64,000 nt of DNA from Vicugna vicugna (lineage: Eukaryota): positions 868,001 through 932,000 of the forward strand of contig MU058221.1 of NCBI GenBank assembly GCA_013265495.1, read 5' to 3'. The notes below the pieces were generated by a model, which was not told where the DNA came from, searched no databases, and was given only the letters and a program-made list of their open reading frames with translations. The translations under genes and the position numbers were made by a program. This document shows positions 24,248 to 38,804 of the stretch, one piece after another (position 1 is the stretch's first letter; each line of letters begins with the position of its first letter).

Positions 24248-27060
24248 GTATCAGCCCAGGCATTTGCCTCGATCGTAGGCATGACAATGGTCCTTAGAAT
24301 GGATTCTCCACAGGCTAGTCACTTGTCCCTGAGTTATGCAGGGTCAAGTTCTGCATCCCTTTGGCATTACTCGTAGGGACCTCCAAGTACCCCCACATGA
24401 ATAGCTCCTCAGTGCTGAGAAGGACAGCCAGGTCAGTGGGGAAGGTCGGGACCACAGGCATAAGTGGACCGTCCGAAGGCAAAGGTTTAGTTTGCAATAG
24501 AGCCGAGATTCTAGCAGGATGTCACTTGAAAGAAATTAACTTATCTCTGAACAAAACTCACAGACAGTGAGAGAAAAGTCTCTCTTAATATGTTCCTCTA
24601 AGTTTTCCCAAAACCACAACCACATCTGCTCAGCCACCTAGCAAACATTCCATATTTGCAAGCATTTTGCAAGCAGCTACGCGTGTTTAATTTTGGGATA
24701 ATGCCTTCTTGATGTGCTAACCCCAGGAGTATTTCAAACAGCCTGAATGTGAATTACTGGTTGTAAAAAGGAAATTTGGCTGCTTCAAATCATGTCTGTC
24801 TCTAACAGAAGACATGACAACATTGAAACACAAGGTCATGTCTGGGCAATCAAACCCCAGAAGGGTATGTTTGGCAGCAAGACTATCAAGGGAGGGGTGA
24901 GTAATAATTAATCAGAAACTGCCATCATTAATGAAATGCAGTCTTGAAAATTAGTCTACATTGCACCAGGAGCACAGGATGGCAGAGAGAAATTTGTATA
25001 AAAAATTGAAATATCTTGATTTGACTTTCTACCCTCTAGTTTCTGTACCTCAGCTCCGTTGTCAGTAAGAAAAAAAAACAAAGGTGATGCTCACCCTTTG
25101 AGGTGTTAACAATATTCCCTTATATTTATTCATTTATTGAAGTGCTACTTAAGTATTTCCACCTGTGTCGTGTCTATTGAGACTCACGTTATTTTGAAGC
25201 AGGAAGGGAAGATTTTTTTTCTCTTTTTCTTTTTTTTTTTGCACGGTCAATTTCCCAACTGCAAAGCTGACTTGCTTCACAGTGCAATTGGTTAGTTGGT
25301 TCGTGGCAAGATTATTTATTCAAAAAACACTGGTGTTATAACTCTTAGTTCACTGCTTGCATCATTAAGGACTGTTTTGCTTGTAATTAGAGGAAATCTC
25401 GATCCAAATTGTAATAAACGAAAAAGAAATTGATTGACTCATAGACCTGAAAAGGTTATGGTTGAGTCTGGCTTTACTTGCAGTGCAGGTTCAAGCCGGG
25501 TCATGGGCCATGGAAATCCTTACCTTCAGACCCTTCCCTTGGTTTATCACCAGGCTGTTTCCCCTCGGGATGGCCAGCTGACCTCAGCAATCCCAGTCTC
25601 CCAGACACACTTGTCGTGCCCAAGACCGTGAAGGGCTTTCCATTTCAAACATCCCAGCAAGAGCTTTCTTTGATCAGCTTTGTTCTGTGTTGCTGAAGGC
25701 GCTGCTCTGAACCAATGTATTGTGGAGTGTGAGACGGAGAGTCCCGTTGGTTTAAGACAATACAGCTGATGCTGGAGAAAATTCCACTCACAGGTAAGAA
25801 TTAGAGACGTGACTTCTCGCAGGAAGTTTGGGAACGTGTTTCCGGGAGGAGAGAGAATTGATGCTGAGAAGCATAAGGCTGCTACAGGGCTCCACCTCAT
25901 CTGACCCGCACGCCCTCACACCCACACACACACACGGTCCACGATGGGAATGAAATTATGTGTTTAAATATGGATCTGCTTTGCAAGTGCAACACAGCAG
26001 GCAAACATCAGTGACACGTCTTGTCTAGATACACAGCTAGTTTCATCAGAGACTTTCCCAGCTAAGTGGGTGCCTGGAGCCCTTGACTCGAACTCAGCAG
26101 GTGACTTGTTCCCCGAAAGTCAATGAGACTTTCCTCCGAGCAGCATTGATCACAATTCTGTTTCATTACAAAAGAAAAGCGGGTGAGTATTTGCAACACT
26201 CCTGACTGACAGGGTGGCTAAAGGTTGGAAGAAGATTAGGCTGAAACAGAAGACGTTGCTCATCCCACCTGGTTATGCCACGTTCTTTCCTTCACGTTCC
26301 TGCCTTCCTTTCTACCTTTCTCTCCCTTTTTAAAACCCTTTTCCTATTTTCCTTCCACCCGACAAATAGATCATGAAGTTTCCCTGAGTGTGAGGCACCA
26401 TACAGCTGAGAAAACGAAGGTAAATCAAGACGCTCGCCTTTAAGAGCAGACAGACAAGCACATAGATAATTACACTGCAGTCAGACAAACACTATGAGCA
26501 GAGACACTGAGTGTTACACGGGTGCTGCGCTGCCAGCTTTCATTGCCCTACCCAAGGAAACCTTCTCTTGCTCGCTCCTCAAACCTTGTCCGATCAGCGA
26601 CCTCCTTCTGCGTTCCCAAACCGCCCTGTTCATTCTTCAGCCTATTTCCGTGTGTTTTAATGTCTCCATTTCTTTGCCAACCATAGCTGTTATCAGCACT
26701 AAAGCCAATTAAAGACAATGAACTCCAGAAGGACGGGTTTGTGAGTACAATTTGCCACCAGAAAAGGATGTACCTTTTTCTAAAATGTCTCCTAGTCATT
26801 AGGGATTGTTCTGATTCAAAGTTGCTTTCCCAGGAAGACAGAGACTATTAGCGGAGGAGCGAGAGTGGAGTTAGAGGCTAGTGTTTAAGCCGAGAAATAC
26901 ATGCTTATCGATTCACGTGATTTGTGGACACATCTCCAACCCTCCCTGCGTGCCCTGTGCACGTTCCTCCCTCACGTGGACACAGCACGAGCAATTCACT
27001 CAGTGCATGAGCTGCCTGGCTAGAAAATAACACATCAGAACGAAAATCAAAGGTAAACAA

Positions 27061-27258
27061 GTTGCTTAAAAGAGTAGGTTTCAAGTGTTTTCGCTACAAA
27101 ACAAAAGGTGACTGTGTGAGATGATAAATATATTAATTGCTTGATTATAGTGAGCATTTCACAACATATACATGTATTAAAGTGCCACACTGTGCACCTT
27201 AAATACATGCAATTTTTACTTGTCAGTTTTACCTTAATAAAGCTGGGGGGGAATAAAG
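27061..27258 (+). mobile_element. L1MA/L1MB-type 3' end
   Basis: ggtgactgtgtgagatgata...catttcacaacatatac...ttttaccttaataaagctggggg. Confidence 0.8.
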
Positions 27259-27509
27259 ATGGAGTTTGACTATTTCCAATGGCTTTTGCTTTTTCACATA
27301 CAATATGAAGAGGTTAGACGAGACAATCTCCAAAGTCTTACAGAAATGCAATCATTCTATAACCGGTGTAGAAAGATTTAGTGGTCATGATTTAGGAAGG
27401 AGTGAATATTGATCATGGTTCTAAATTGTATGAATGCTCATTCACTTTGACTGTATTATAGATTATGCTCTATAATATATCTGCCAGCTGAACATCGTTT
27501 TCCTTTTCA

Positions 27510-28015
27510 TGAGGTGCAAGAGCGTATCAATTCCTCAAATTCATTCCTTCTCAGTTGTGTAGCCATCAAGATATCCTGGCGAATCTGAGATTTATCCATA
27601 GGGGAATCTTCAGTTCCATGTGCCAGCCATGTTGACCAGCACCGACTTCTTGCGAAATACCGCGCTTCCTTGACTCCCTGCGAGAACCTCTGTGCATCAG
27701 ACATTCTCTCTCTCCACCCATTTGCCTGTTTCATTCCTTTTCAACATACACAATCATCTTAGGTCCCACTACTAAAAAGTGCTACTCTTTCTACAAACCT
27801 CCTACAGAATCCCCCTTGCAGCTGTCTCTTACAAAATTCCTGCAGCACGTTTTTTCTCTCAGCATGTTGTATTGTGATTCCCTATTTATTTGTGCATACA
27901 TTTTGGCCTTAACTCCACGAGCTCAAGCACGGTTTCTGGACCATGGACTTCCGCGCAGTGCCTGCTACCTCCTAGGCACTCCCTAGATATTTGCCACATG
28001 CATCAGTGAATAAAT
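27510..28015 (+). mobile_element. LINE-2 fragment
   Basis: cagtgcctgctacctcctaggcactc...atatttg...gtgaataaat 3' end with pyrimidine-rich body. Confidence 0.5.
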
Positions 28016-29732
28016 CCGTATCATTGATGAAATGCTAGTTAACTCAGCAAATCCAAACATGATTAATTTATTCTTGATTACTAGATCAAGGCTGAAATCC
28101 TCTACAGGAAAATCTATATAATTCTCTTAATTTGTACTTTAGAATCAAGGTACAGTATGAGAGCATTCAAATATTTTCTCTCCGTTGTCCACATCATCTT
28201 TCTTTAAAATAAGATATGGCTTGTACTTTTCCCTTTATGCATTGTGTTCATTTTTCTAACCTGCTTTATTATAGAATAGAGTAATATTTTTTTTCATTTT
28301 GTCCCCTAAATCTCATGGACTTTCAAATCATGACTGCAAAATTGATGGCGAACAGTTAAAAACTAATAAAAATTCACCTCCAGGAGGTAAATCTGTAAGA
28401 CCATGATGGGACTCCAAATGAGCGAGACAGATGGATTTTAGCAACAAATAATATTCTGTGGTCACTTATGGATTATTCATTCCATCTAGAATTTTTTCCT
28501 AAAATAAATATGTAACTCATGGTAAGCACACAAACATTTATCTGTACAGTTGCTACTGAATGCCTTTGGTTTGTTCATAAGTGTACCCCACATTTTACAA
28601 AGGTTTATAATTTGCAAACATTAAAATGGCTACAAATTCATTCTCAAAAAAGAAATTAGACTTTTCTGACGCACCCTTACCATGAACATGTAAAAGTACA
28701 ATTTCGAGATGTTTCTCTTACTATGGAATCTTAGCAAAAGCGTACGACTCCAGGCAAAACTGCAGCTTAGAACTCAGCTCCCCAGGCATAGCGAAAAGGG
28801 CTCCTTTCCAGCAGAAAAACTAAAGAAACTGAGTCAAAGAAGACACATAAGAAGTTAGCATGGTAACTAAGTAAACAGTTCCTTGATAAAGACATATCCT
28901 TAAAATACTACATTTCATCTTTCACTAGATCTAGCTAAAAAATCCAAAAGCCTTCAAATGTGAGCTTATTTATTCCTTAAAAATTAAATTAAGCATACAA
29001 ATAATTACCGGGTTCTCAGTCATTCACTCACTCAACGTCGCAGAGTAGAAGCTAGAGGGGATCCGTGGACAAAAACGACAGACCTGCCCAATCTATGCCT
29101 TCCCTTAAATAGTGACTTTGCCAGTCATTTATTTTGTGCATAGATTGGCTTACACTTTTTACAGTAGAAATAGCTTTATGAAAGTGAGAAATCTGTAATG
29201 TTTATTGCACGTATAGTCAATACAATAAAAGCACAATGAAAGTGGATTCTTGATTATTTTAATGCTATGGTAATGTTTTCTGAAGACAAGTTGGGCACCC
29301 GCACACACTCACTTGTTTTATTTCTATTATTTTCACATCAGGACTCAGAGCTTTCAGGGAAGCACGGTAGTACCTAGTATCAGACATCTTCTATCTTGTC
29401 CTAATAAATTATATTCAGTGTGTAGAGAAAAAAATTAGCTTTTATCCCAACCCAAATGTTTTACATTTCTTGAAAGGCAGGATCAAATATATTTTCTAAA
29501 GTCGATGTTAATTAATTTTTAAATTTTCAATATTTTGTAAAATTTTGCTTTTCATACAGAAAATATTTATAATAAATTTCCTTTTGTAAATAGCCTGCTA
29601 ATATGTTTTTACTCCCTAAAATGTCTCTATAAATAGATGTCACTAAAGCAGTGGGCAAAGCATTTGACAACATTATAAGAAGTTGACTATTAAAAATAAA
29701 ACACATAGCGGTAGCTTAAGTAATTCTAAGAC

Positions 29733-30104
29733 TTTTTTTTTGCATTTACTTTACATTTTTCATTGAAGTAGAGTTGATTTATAATATTATACTAGTTCCA
29801 TATGCACCATGTACTGATTCAATATTTTTATAGATGTTGCTCCATATAAAGTTATTATAAAATATGGGCTCTATCCCTGTGCTGTACAACATAGCCTTGT
29901 GGCTTATGTACTTTATACACAGTAGTGTGTACCTCTGAACCCCCTCCCCCATCCGGCCCCCCTCCCTCTCACCACTGGCGACCACTACTTTGTTCTCTAA
30001 ATCTATAAGTTTGTTTCTGTTTTGTTATATTCTTTTTTTATATATATTTAAGATTCCACATATAAATGATAACAGGTACTACTTGTCTTTCTCTGACTTA
30101 TTTC
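29733..30104 (-). mobile_element. L1 3' UTR (artiodactyl type)
   Basis: poly-T, attgaagtagagttgatttataatatt, tccctgtgctgtaca, agattccacatataaatgata, tgtctttctctgacttatttc. Confidence 0.85.
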
Positions 30105-32273
30105 CAAGGCAGATGTTAATTTAATAACACTTTTTCACTTTAGACATTTGAATGCATAAGCTACGATCCTGCTGTTTATTTAACTAGAAAATAAGCATTG
30201 CAAAATAATTTCCTAAATTGTCATTTTGGAGTGAAACACTGAAATAATCTGACTCTTTGAAACCACATGACTGAAGGCTCGGATGTTCTCATTCAGAGTT
30301 CCCTGTAAGTCACTTCACACGCACACTGTGTGGCTCATATCGCATTAAAGGTGGGTGAGCTCTTCCAGAAAGTAGTCTACACACTAAATAGAGCCACCTT
30401 CAGACCTCAGTTTTAGAAGCTGCGTTTCTATGGCTCACCCATTTCATGTGATTTCACCGCTTGGTGGGGACTAGGAACGCTAAGAACACACGGAGTTTCT
30501 GAGTCAGCCGCAAGGAGGATGGTGAAGAGGCATCCTTTCTTACCGCTTGGTTCTTCCCTGGTCACGATCTACCCGGGAAAGGTATTAAGGGCCCACGTAG
30601 ATTAGACCAGACTCAGTCCGTCACCCAACCGCTAATGCACTTGACCACCACGCTTTCAAAAGGCCTCTTTTGCATAACTTCTGTGTTTTAGGGTCTTTTC
30701 TGTGAAGATTCTACGGTACATCGCTAGGAAATCTGTCCTCTCCGAGACTCGTTCAGATTTTATCTGAGGTTGGGTCAGAGAAAGAGGTGTGAATTTCTTA
30801 CTATTGGACCATTCTTTTCTGATTACTGGTGAAATAAGAAGACACATGGGTACACTATTTGCCTATAATATTAATCATATTATAAAAACCCACTGATCAT
30901 CCCTGAAACTAGATTATTGAGCACTTACGAAGTAAGCTTGAAATGTATTGAGTTAAAAAAAAAGATTATGTTTACCGGGTGAAAAGCATGTCATATGCTA
31001 AAGCACATTTAGCATTTTTTAGAGCATACCAACCGATCTATATGCGAACTTGGCTCTTGAAAATCTTCCAATCATCTTTGCACCTTCATTCATTCTCATT
31101 ATTCTTATTCTTGACATAGACTAGGTAACAGTTTCTACCCACTCACACCACTGACTTCCTTTAAAATTGCTTCAAGACGTCTCCAATAAATCTCCTGAAG
31201 AACTGTAATTCATTCTGACCACCTCTATTTTGTGTTTCCACAGGACTTTATATATCAAAGTCAGCAAGAGGTCATTCCAGGCTTATTTTAATTATCTCTG
31301 TTTATTTAATCATGTCTGACCCTGTAACTGAATAATAAACTCAAGAAGGTCAGGAAGTCTCTTTCAATTTCATTATTTATCCAATTATACCTTGAGCAGA
31401 ATTGTATAAACACCAACAAGACAGCAAGTGACTGCCAAATCAACATGTATTACATCGGTAAACTCTGTTTAAGAGAATAAAACAAAAACATGAGATGTAT
31501 GAAACACATTTTGTTTAAAAAATTGAGGTTGACTCGGATCCCCAGAACGGAATGAAGGAAGAAAAGATAAAGTCAAAAAGGTGGTGGGGGCGCTGACTTC
31601 AACAGAGAGAAACTGGCCTAGGAGGAGGCTCTCCCCTTTCTGCTGTGCCTGGGGAGGCTGACTTCACTAACACAGACAGCAGACCTTGACAGGAAGGCTC
31701 AGGGCGGAGGAGTGTGGTCTGATGGGATCCTGTGCACCTGAGTCCCTGATATGAGGCATCCTTGTGCGTGTGAACCAGTGGAATAAATCTGCTGGGCACC
31801 AGCTGGCCGAAGGCGCCCGTCCAACGTTAGGGGGGAACTGTCTGTGTCCACGTCTTATGCTAACATACGGGGAACAACTGGTGGTCTTGCTGTCTGGGCT
31901 GCCCTCTGGGGGCTCTACCCCCAAAAATGGAATTATTCCCCATCACGTGACTGAAGGACACCTACTCCTTCTTCTCTTGTTGAAGACAGAGAACCAGGAG
32001 CCTCCAGTTAATTCTCGGGAAAAGACTCAGTTCTGAAGCCCATTTGCTTTCAGCCCACAGGGAAAGGGTCGCTGCTGTGGGTCCCCTGACGAATGCCAAC
32101 CCTCAGTGCCTGCGCTCAGAAGGGAGTAACAACACCCACGCGCGGTGAGGGGTGGCTTCATACGGAGGGTCCAGTGTAAACAGACAAAGTAAGGGACTCC
32201 GATTTAAAGAACAGAGACCAATCTGACAAATGGCCGTAGGTTATTTCCTCTGAAGAGGTCTTAACAGGTGCGC

Positions 32274-32475
32274 GAGGGAGGGTAGAGCTCAGCGGCAGAG
32301 GGCGTGCTGAGCACGCGTGAGGCCCTGGCTTCCATCCGCGGCGCCGCCGTTGCAAAAATAAGTAAACGAATAAACAGACCCAACTATCTCCCTCTCCAAA
32401 AAAAATTAGAACCTAAGTAAGTAAACCTAATCCCACCGCTTTTAAATAAGTAAATAAATAGTTTTAAAAAAATTT
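32274..32475 (+). mobile_element. tRNA-derived SINE, camelid Vic-1 type
   Basis: gggagggtagagctcagcggcagag (A box), ccctggcttccatcc (degenerate B box), A-rich tail with aaacctaat; homologous to 57490-57616. Confidence 0.8.
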
Positions 32476-32838
32476 AATAGAAGAGAGTTTTAGGACCAAA
32501 GGGGAAAAATGAACTACATTTCAAATTTTTAAGAGAATGCAAGACGGTATTACCAAAGAATAATCCAGGAAATATATATACACACACCTATGTGTGTGCC
32601 CCTAGTATACAATACATATGTGTATGTCATATAACCCACACACGTGTGTATATTGTACATGTGTGTATATGTTCATATATTGTACATGCATGTGTTATAC
32701 ATAGACGTGCACACCACACAACACACATGTATACATGAAATATGTACTTTGAAAAACCAAAAGAAAATAACAGGATAAATAATGTGGAAATAAAATCAAG
32801 GGTCTAAAATACCAGTGAAGGTAATCATTTAAGAAAAC

Positions 32839-33196
32839 TGCCGTGGACTGAACTGTGTTCCCGCCAAATTCGTGTGTTTGTGCTCTGACCCTCAGTGTGA
32901 CTATGTTTAGGAGATAAGGTTAAACGCAGTCCTAAGGGTGGCTTTCCAATCCAGTAGAACTGGTGGCCTTACAAGTGCAGGAAAAGAGGTCTCTCTCCAC
33001 CTCGTTAGGACGTAGAAGGGATCTCTCTGCACCGTGGTGGCCACCCGCCGGCCGAGCAGTGTCCTCAGCTGAACTCAGGCCCGGGTGGGACCCAGCCACG
33101 CAGGCTGCCCAGCCTCCCGAGCTGTGGGGATACTGATTCCTGCTGCTTAAGCCACCCAGCCGACGGTGCTTTGTCACGGAGTCCTCAGCTAACCAC
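32839..33196 (+). mobile_element. MaLR LTR (MLT1A/B-like)
   Basis: tgccgtggactgaactgtgttccc...ccagcctcccgagctgtg...ttaagccacccag...ctttgtcacgg. Confidence 0.8.
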
Positions 33197-33869
33197 TGGG
33201 CAAGGTTGTTTGAATAAACTAGAAGGGGAAATTGAAACAAGAAACAAGAAAATAAACGATTCTATCTACATTTTCTTGGATTATAAAACCTTCAGAAGGG
33301 GAGGAAGGACCACGCGGAGAACCTCATCTCGCTGGCTGGGTGGTTAGTCCCTGCAATTAGGATGACGTCTTGGGGGAACAAACACAGCCTGCGAGCAGCG
33401 AAGCCTTCGGGGCTGAGAAGAGGAACCCAGCCCTGGATTCCAGCTCGTCCCCCCGCCAAGGGTTCTCCACTGTCTTTCTTAAAACTCAAACAACGCGTGC
33501 CTGGGGGGTTCTCCAAACTGAGTCTGCGAGGCGGGGCGGGGGGGCAGCATTGTTGGACATAGTATTTCTGATGATTTTTGTTTTAAAAAAAAACTGTGTC
33601 TTGATCTGATTGATGGACATAATTTTGCCCATTTCAATCATGTGATGATTTTGTACATTAAACTGAGAAAATGATACGGTTAAATATTAAAGATACACCG
33701 ACATTTGGGACCAGGTTGGAAAATTATTAGCTGATGCTCCACCTCCCGGAAAATTCCGGTTTGAAGCCTGTAACGTATGCTCATGGCTTATTTTGAAAAA
33801 CAGAAGTTGAAGTAAGACTTTCGTTATCCCAATATTTCTAAGAATTCTCAAAAACGTCCAGTGATTCTC

Positions 33870-34430
33870 ACCTGTGTGCAGAGGAAGATGCAAAGTCGTC
33901 CAATGCCGATTTGGTCCTGCACAAGCCAGGGCCCCCCGTCACCACCTCTGCGACTGTATCTTTTTTTTCTCCACTGCCTCAGCCACATGACGCCTACATC
34001 ACGGCAGGTGTGTGCCTGCCTCAGGCCTTTGACCTGGCTTTTCCCCAGCAAAGATTTTCTTCTCCCCGTCATGCCCATGACTGCACACAGATTGTCACAT
34101 AAGTCTTCACTGTCAGGCTGTTTCAGTTTAAACGCATCCCCATGTACTGACTCCTCATCCCAGGCCTGCTCTGTTCACACCGGCTTCCATTATACCCTGT
34201 TGTTTATTTACTGTGATCAGTAGACTCTTAAGGTGGCCCCTAGGGTCCCTGCCTTCTGATGTTCAGTTATTTCTTGTGTTTATTTTCATCTCTTCCTGCC
34301 AGATGACAAATTCCACGAGGGCACGACACATTTTCTGTTTTCAGTCTGCTTTGTTTACTGGTGTTGCCAAGTGCGTCGCATACTTCGTATACAGTAGAGG
34401 CTATAAATATTCATTGCATGAGTGAATAAA
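33870..34430 (+). mobile_element. LINE-2 3' region
   Basis: cctgcctcaggcctttg, ttccacgagggca, taaatattcattgcatgagtgaataaat tail. Confidence 0.7.
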
Positions 34431-34866
34431 TTCTCCCTGGCTGCCCTGTTTGTGGACCTGTCTGCTTGTTTGTTTTGTGTAACTGCCCATGCTGTGATTA
34501 CAGACATCTGAGCCCAAAATTAATGGCTCGTGGGCCTGGTTAAGATAATTAATGGTTATAAAGAATTAATGCCCAGTCAGCAGAAAGCCCCACATTTTGA
34601 CATGTCTTATATTTTGTTTGGAGCCTATTACTGATTTATGAATATTTATTTTCCTCCCCAATGCCCACTGTGGATATTACAGAACAAATTCTGGTGGACT
34701 TAAAAATAAAAAAAAAGCCCAAGATTAAAACCTGGAATTTCAGAAAGTAAAATCAGGTTGAATCCTCTTTGTCCAGGCTCCTTTTTTGCATACAATTTTC
34801 CAGGAAAATAATGGGAAGGAATGGCCAACCAACCCTTAGAGAAACACAGTCAATCAATCTATTGGG

Positions 34867-35071
34867 CAGTAGTTTTTACTAATTTATTACTGGTTGCCCC
34901 GTCTCCTCTGAGCACATTTAGTTGGTTGTCACAACTGAGGGGAAAGCGTTCCGGGCATCCAGTGGGTGGAGACTGAGGACGCTGGCGAACATCACTCAGC
35001 ACACAAAACACGCAACAAATTGTTATCTGGACCAAAGTGTCCACAGTTGTCGCTCGGATTGAGAAGCCCTG
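34867..35071 (+). mobile_element. MER20 hAT-Charlie MITE
   Basis: ttggttgtcacaactg...ggcatccagtgggtggag...ttgagaagccctg. Confidence 0.75.
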
Positions 35072-38000
35072 GTGTAACAGAGTGAAGCCAGCACCGTAGT
35101 CACAGGACTGCAGCACGCAGGAATTTCACAGCCGAGCTCAAACCAGCAATTTTTGACCCAGCATCGAGCTTTAACAAACACACCTTCAAACCAGCAGAGC
35201 CGCTGGGGGAGGATGCGCTGAGGTGAGAGCTGTGGGTGCCCCGCGTGTGCCGTCACCCTCACCTGTGGGCTCCTCTTCTCAAGTTTGGGTTTCTGGCTCT
35301 TTTTTTTTTTTTAAATTCCATTTCTCTTCATTTCCAAAGTATTGGCCAGCAGTGGGTCTGCTTCAAACTTTGGTTAATCTTTAAAATAATTATTTTAAAT
35401 GGCTACTTTCCCTATTTACATGCCTTGGTGTAAAGATGTGGGTTCCGTGCTGTTAGCTGAGTTCTAATTCAAAAATTCAATTCAAAAGCCATTTGCACCA
35501 CTCAGCAATTCTCTCTTCCTGGCCATAGGCACAGCCGGCCTCCTCTGTCACATGAGTCCTTGAACAAATTTGCTCACAACAAGTCTGCTTTTCTTCACCG
35601 TCAGGAACCAGAACCACGGCCGGGATTTTTACCAGGGACGTGGAAATCGTGCTAGGAGCGGTCCACAGACAATGCTCAGACTTCAAGGATTTCTCAGACG
35701 TGGTTCTTTCACTCTCAATCTATGACTGTTGAGCAGAAAATAACAGGCCTCCTAGGTTATGTTTTAACAGAACGTGCTCTTTCAATATAAATTTAACAGC
35801 AACTCACCAGGTACATCAGGCATTGGAGACTCTGACCTCCAACATTCACATTCAGATAAAACGAGAGCTGACTAAGCTTCATTTTAAGCAAAAAATATGT
35901 GACAAAGTCTTATTTTGTGTCGTATCAAAAACATGTTCTTAATACAATCAAAATTTGAAGCTCTCTTGACTTACATTCCAGGCCCAGTGACTGCTGGTCT
36001 GTGAATACAATTGTTCAGTACTTGCATATTCAGTGATTTTCGCTGTAAACATATTGCACTGGCAAAGCCAAGTATAATAAAACAGTAAGACTAATAAATG
36101 AAATTTTTATTTTAAAATAATAATAAAAGTAGGCAAGCCACTGGTGGTCCTAATAAAGGGGAAAAGAAAAGGGAGACTGCCGTTTGGGTGAAGAAGCGTC
36201 AAATAGAGAATTTGTTTTAGGTGACAAGGATAAAGTACTCCTGAGCAAGAAAAAAAATTAAATTACTTTGGAAACCTAGACGGAATGCACGAATTTCTAG
36301 TAAAATACTAGCAACTCGACAAAATTGTCCCCGTTAAAGACAGAAGTCTAAAATGGCTAATTACCAAAGAAGAAATAAAGCTGTGAAGGAACACAGAACC
36401 AAACCAAACAGAAACCCAGGTTCCGCTTGGTCTATGGGAGATTATTCTTCATAAAATAAGAATTGATGAATTCTCATCCCGAAAACTGCATCTTTCTCAA
36501 TGGAGAATTGCAAGGACTTTCTTGATGATGCCACAAATCAAAGACACCCACTCTACACTGTTACCTAGGTTTCGTGGGAAGTATTAACCATCCCAGTTCA
36601 AAAAGAGAAAGCAATCAGAACCATGAGAATTGGAAAGAGATAAAAAATCTTTCTCATTCAGATGATACTGTTATAGATCCAGAAAACCCAAGAGTCAATA
36701 GAAAATGCACTATAAACACGATAATTGAGCAAAGTAGACTATTATAAAATCAATAGCATTTATAATAAAACAACTTGTTACAAGATGTAGAGAAGGAGAA
36801 TACTACATTTAGACTACTTCTCAAAACAGAGGAAATTCAGGCAAGGATTCAAACAGAAAAGCCTGAAGCCATGCTTCTGAGAGACACACGACTTACACAG
36901 GTCTGCTTCCCAGGCTTGGCGCAAATGGAAATGTGCCCCTTACTCTTGAGCATAAAACATTAATATTACAGCAATGAATAACTTGCCATTTCATAAATTT
37001 AATATGATTTTAATTCACGTATCCTTTTCAAAACCGAAATTAAAAGAAGTGAGAATGGTCAGGAAATGCCTTACTGAGTGAGGGCAGCTAGCCTTTTAGA
37101 CATTGAAGGAAAGATTATCTGTATTAAGTGAGAGTGGTCTGGACACAGAGACCAAAGTTACAAATAGAAAACCCAGGGAAATAGTTTGGCAGTGTCATAA
37201 AAAGTTAAATGTAAGTGTACCATAATGACTCAGCATTTCTACCTTAGCTACGTGCACAGGGTAATAAGATAGATGTTGTCCCCTCCAATACACATGTGCG
37301 AGTTTTCATAGAAGCATTGTCTTCAGTAGACAAAAAGCCGAGACAATACAAATGCCCGTAAGTTGATAAATAGATGAAAGTGCAGTCTATCCACACAAGG
37401 GGACATAATTTGATGATAAAAAGGAGTGAAGTACAGACAACATGTTACAAAGTGGATGAAACTGATAGCCATGATGCTCAGTGAAAGAAACCGTTCACAA
37501 AATGCGAAACACTCCGTAAGTTCATTTGTAAACCTTCTCTTTGGTGGCAAACTTACAAGGCTAGAAGGCTGATTGGTGATTCCCGGGGGCTAGAGATGGG
37601 ACTGGAGAGTGCTGGCAAAGAGGAACAGGGAACCTTTTCTGGAGCGTTAGGGATGTTTTAAAGCTGGATTCTGGTGATGGCTGTGCAACTCTATACATTT
37701 TCTAAAAAACATTTAATTTTACCCTTAAAGTCAATAAATTCTTCGGCATTAAGTGATACTTCAATAAATGTGCCTAAAAACGAAACAAAATAAAAAACCC
37801 AGACAGACCCAGTATACTTGGAAATGTGCTGTAAAGTAAAGGTATCTTTAAAACAGGTGATGTGAAGGTGCACTCTTAAAACGAGTGGTGTTGGGATAAC
37901 TGGGTAGCCACACTGAAAAACACAAAATCGACCCTGTTCCTCTTACTCTCTCTCTCTCTATATATATACGTATCAAAGTAAATACAAAATGATTCAGAAT

Positions 38001-38804
38001 TTTGCTACAGTTGCTAGGGAAAAACTTGGTTGAGCTCCTCTCTATTTTGGGCATTGAGAAAATTTCTAACCATTACTCAAAATCCAGATGCAACAAAGAA
38101 AATATTGATAACTTTTCAAAAGAAGAGTCTAAAAAAAATTTTTTTTAACCTAGTAAACAAGTTAAAAGACAAATGGGTAACTGGGAAGGTATTTTCTAAT
38201 TATATTACAAGCAGTTGACAAACCTAATACGTAAAGATCTCTGAAAAGAAAAAGAAAATAGAAAAAACTGATAGTAAAAGGTCTAAAAAACAAAAAAAAT
38301 GAATATACATGTATGAAAAGTTGCTGATCCTTGCTCTTGAAAAGACAGATACAGGTGAAAATGATGCTAAGACGCCTTTCATCCCTTTCAGGCTGGCATT
38401 GATCCTAAACTTGGCAACAGACTGTGGGTGGAGCCACAGGGAAACATTCTCACTTGCTTCTGGTAGGAAAGAAAATAGTTCAAATTTCTACGGGGTAAGG
38501 AGAGAATCTGCCAATATCTTGCAAATCTACAGACGCACTCAGGCTTTGATGGAGCAACTGTACTATTAGGAATCCGTTCCAACGATACAATGGCAAAAAT
38601 ATGAAAAGATAAAAGCAGAGGTCTAGTCACTCGAGTGCTGTGTTTAGCAGCAAAAATCTGGAAAAGACCAAAATGTCTATCAAGAAGGGATTGGCGGGGA
38701 AAAAAAGTCATTGTATATGCACATAAATGTGTGTCACGCAGATGTAAAAAAAAAACAGAAACGTAATATATTTTATGTCTAAGATAGTGATGACCAAAAA
38801 GGCA

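Noticed and set aside
30656..30847. Possible terminal coding exon (IRKEWSNSKKFTPLSL...YAKEAF)
   Set aside because: An acceptor-like site exists, but I could not link it in phase to other exons or recognise the peptide.
32274..32350. tRNA gene (also at 57540-57616)
   Set aside because: A/B boxes are followed by an A-rich SINE tail and no intact acceptor stem is evident; these are tRNA-derived SINEs.
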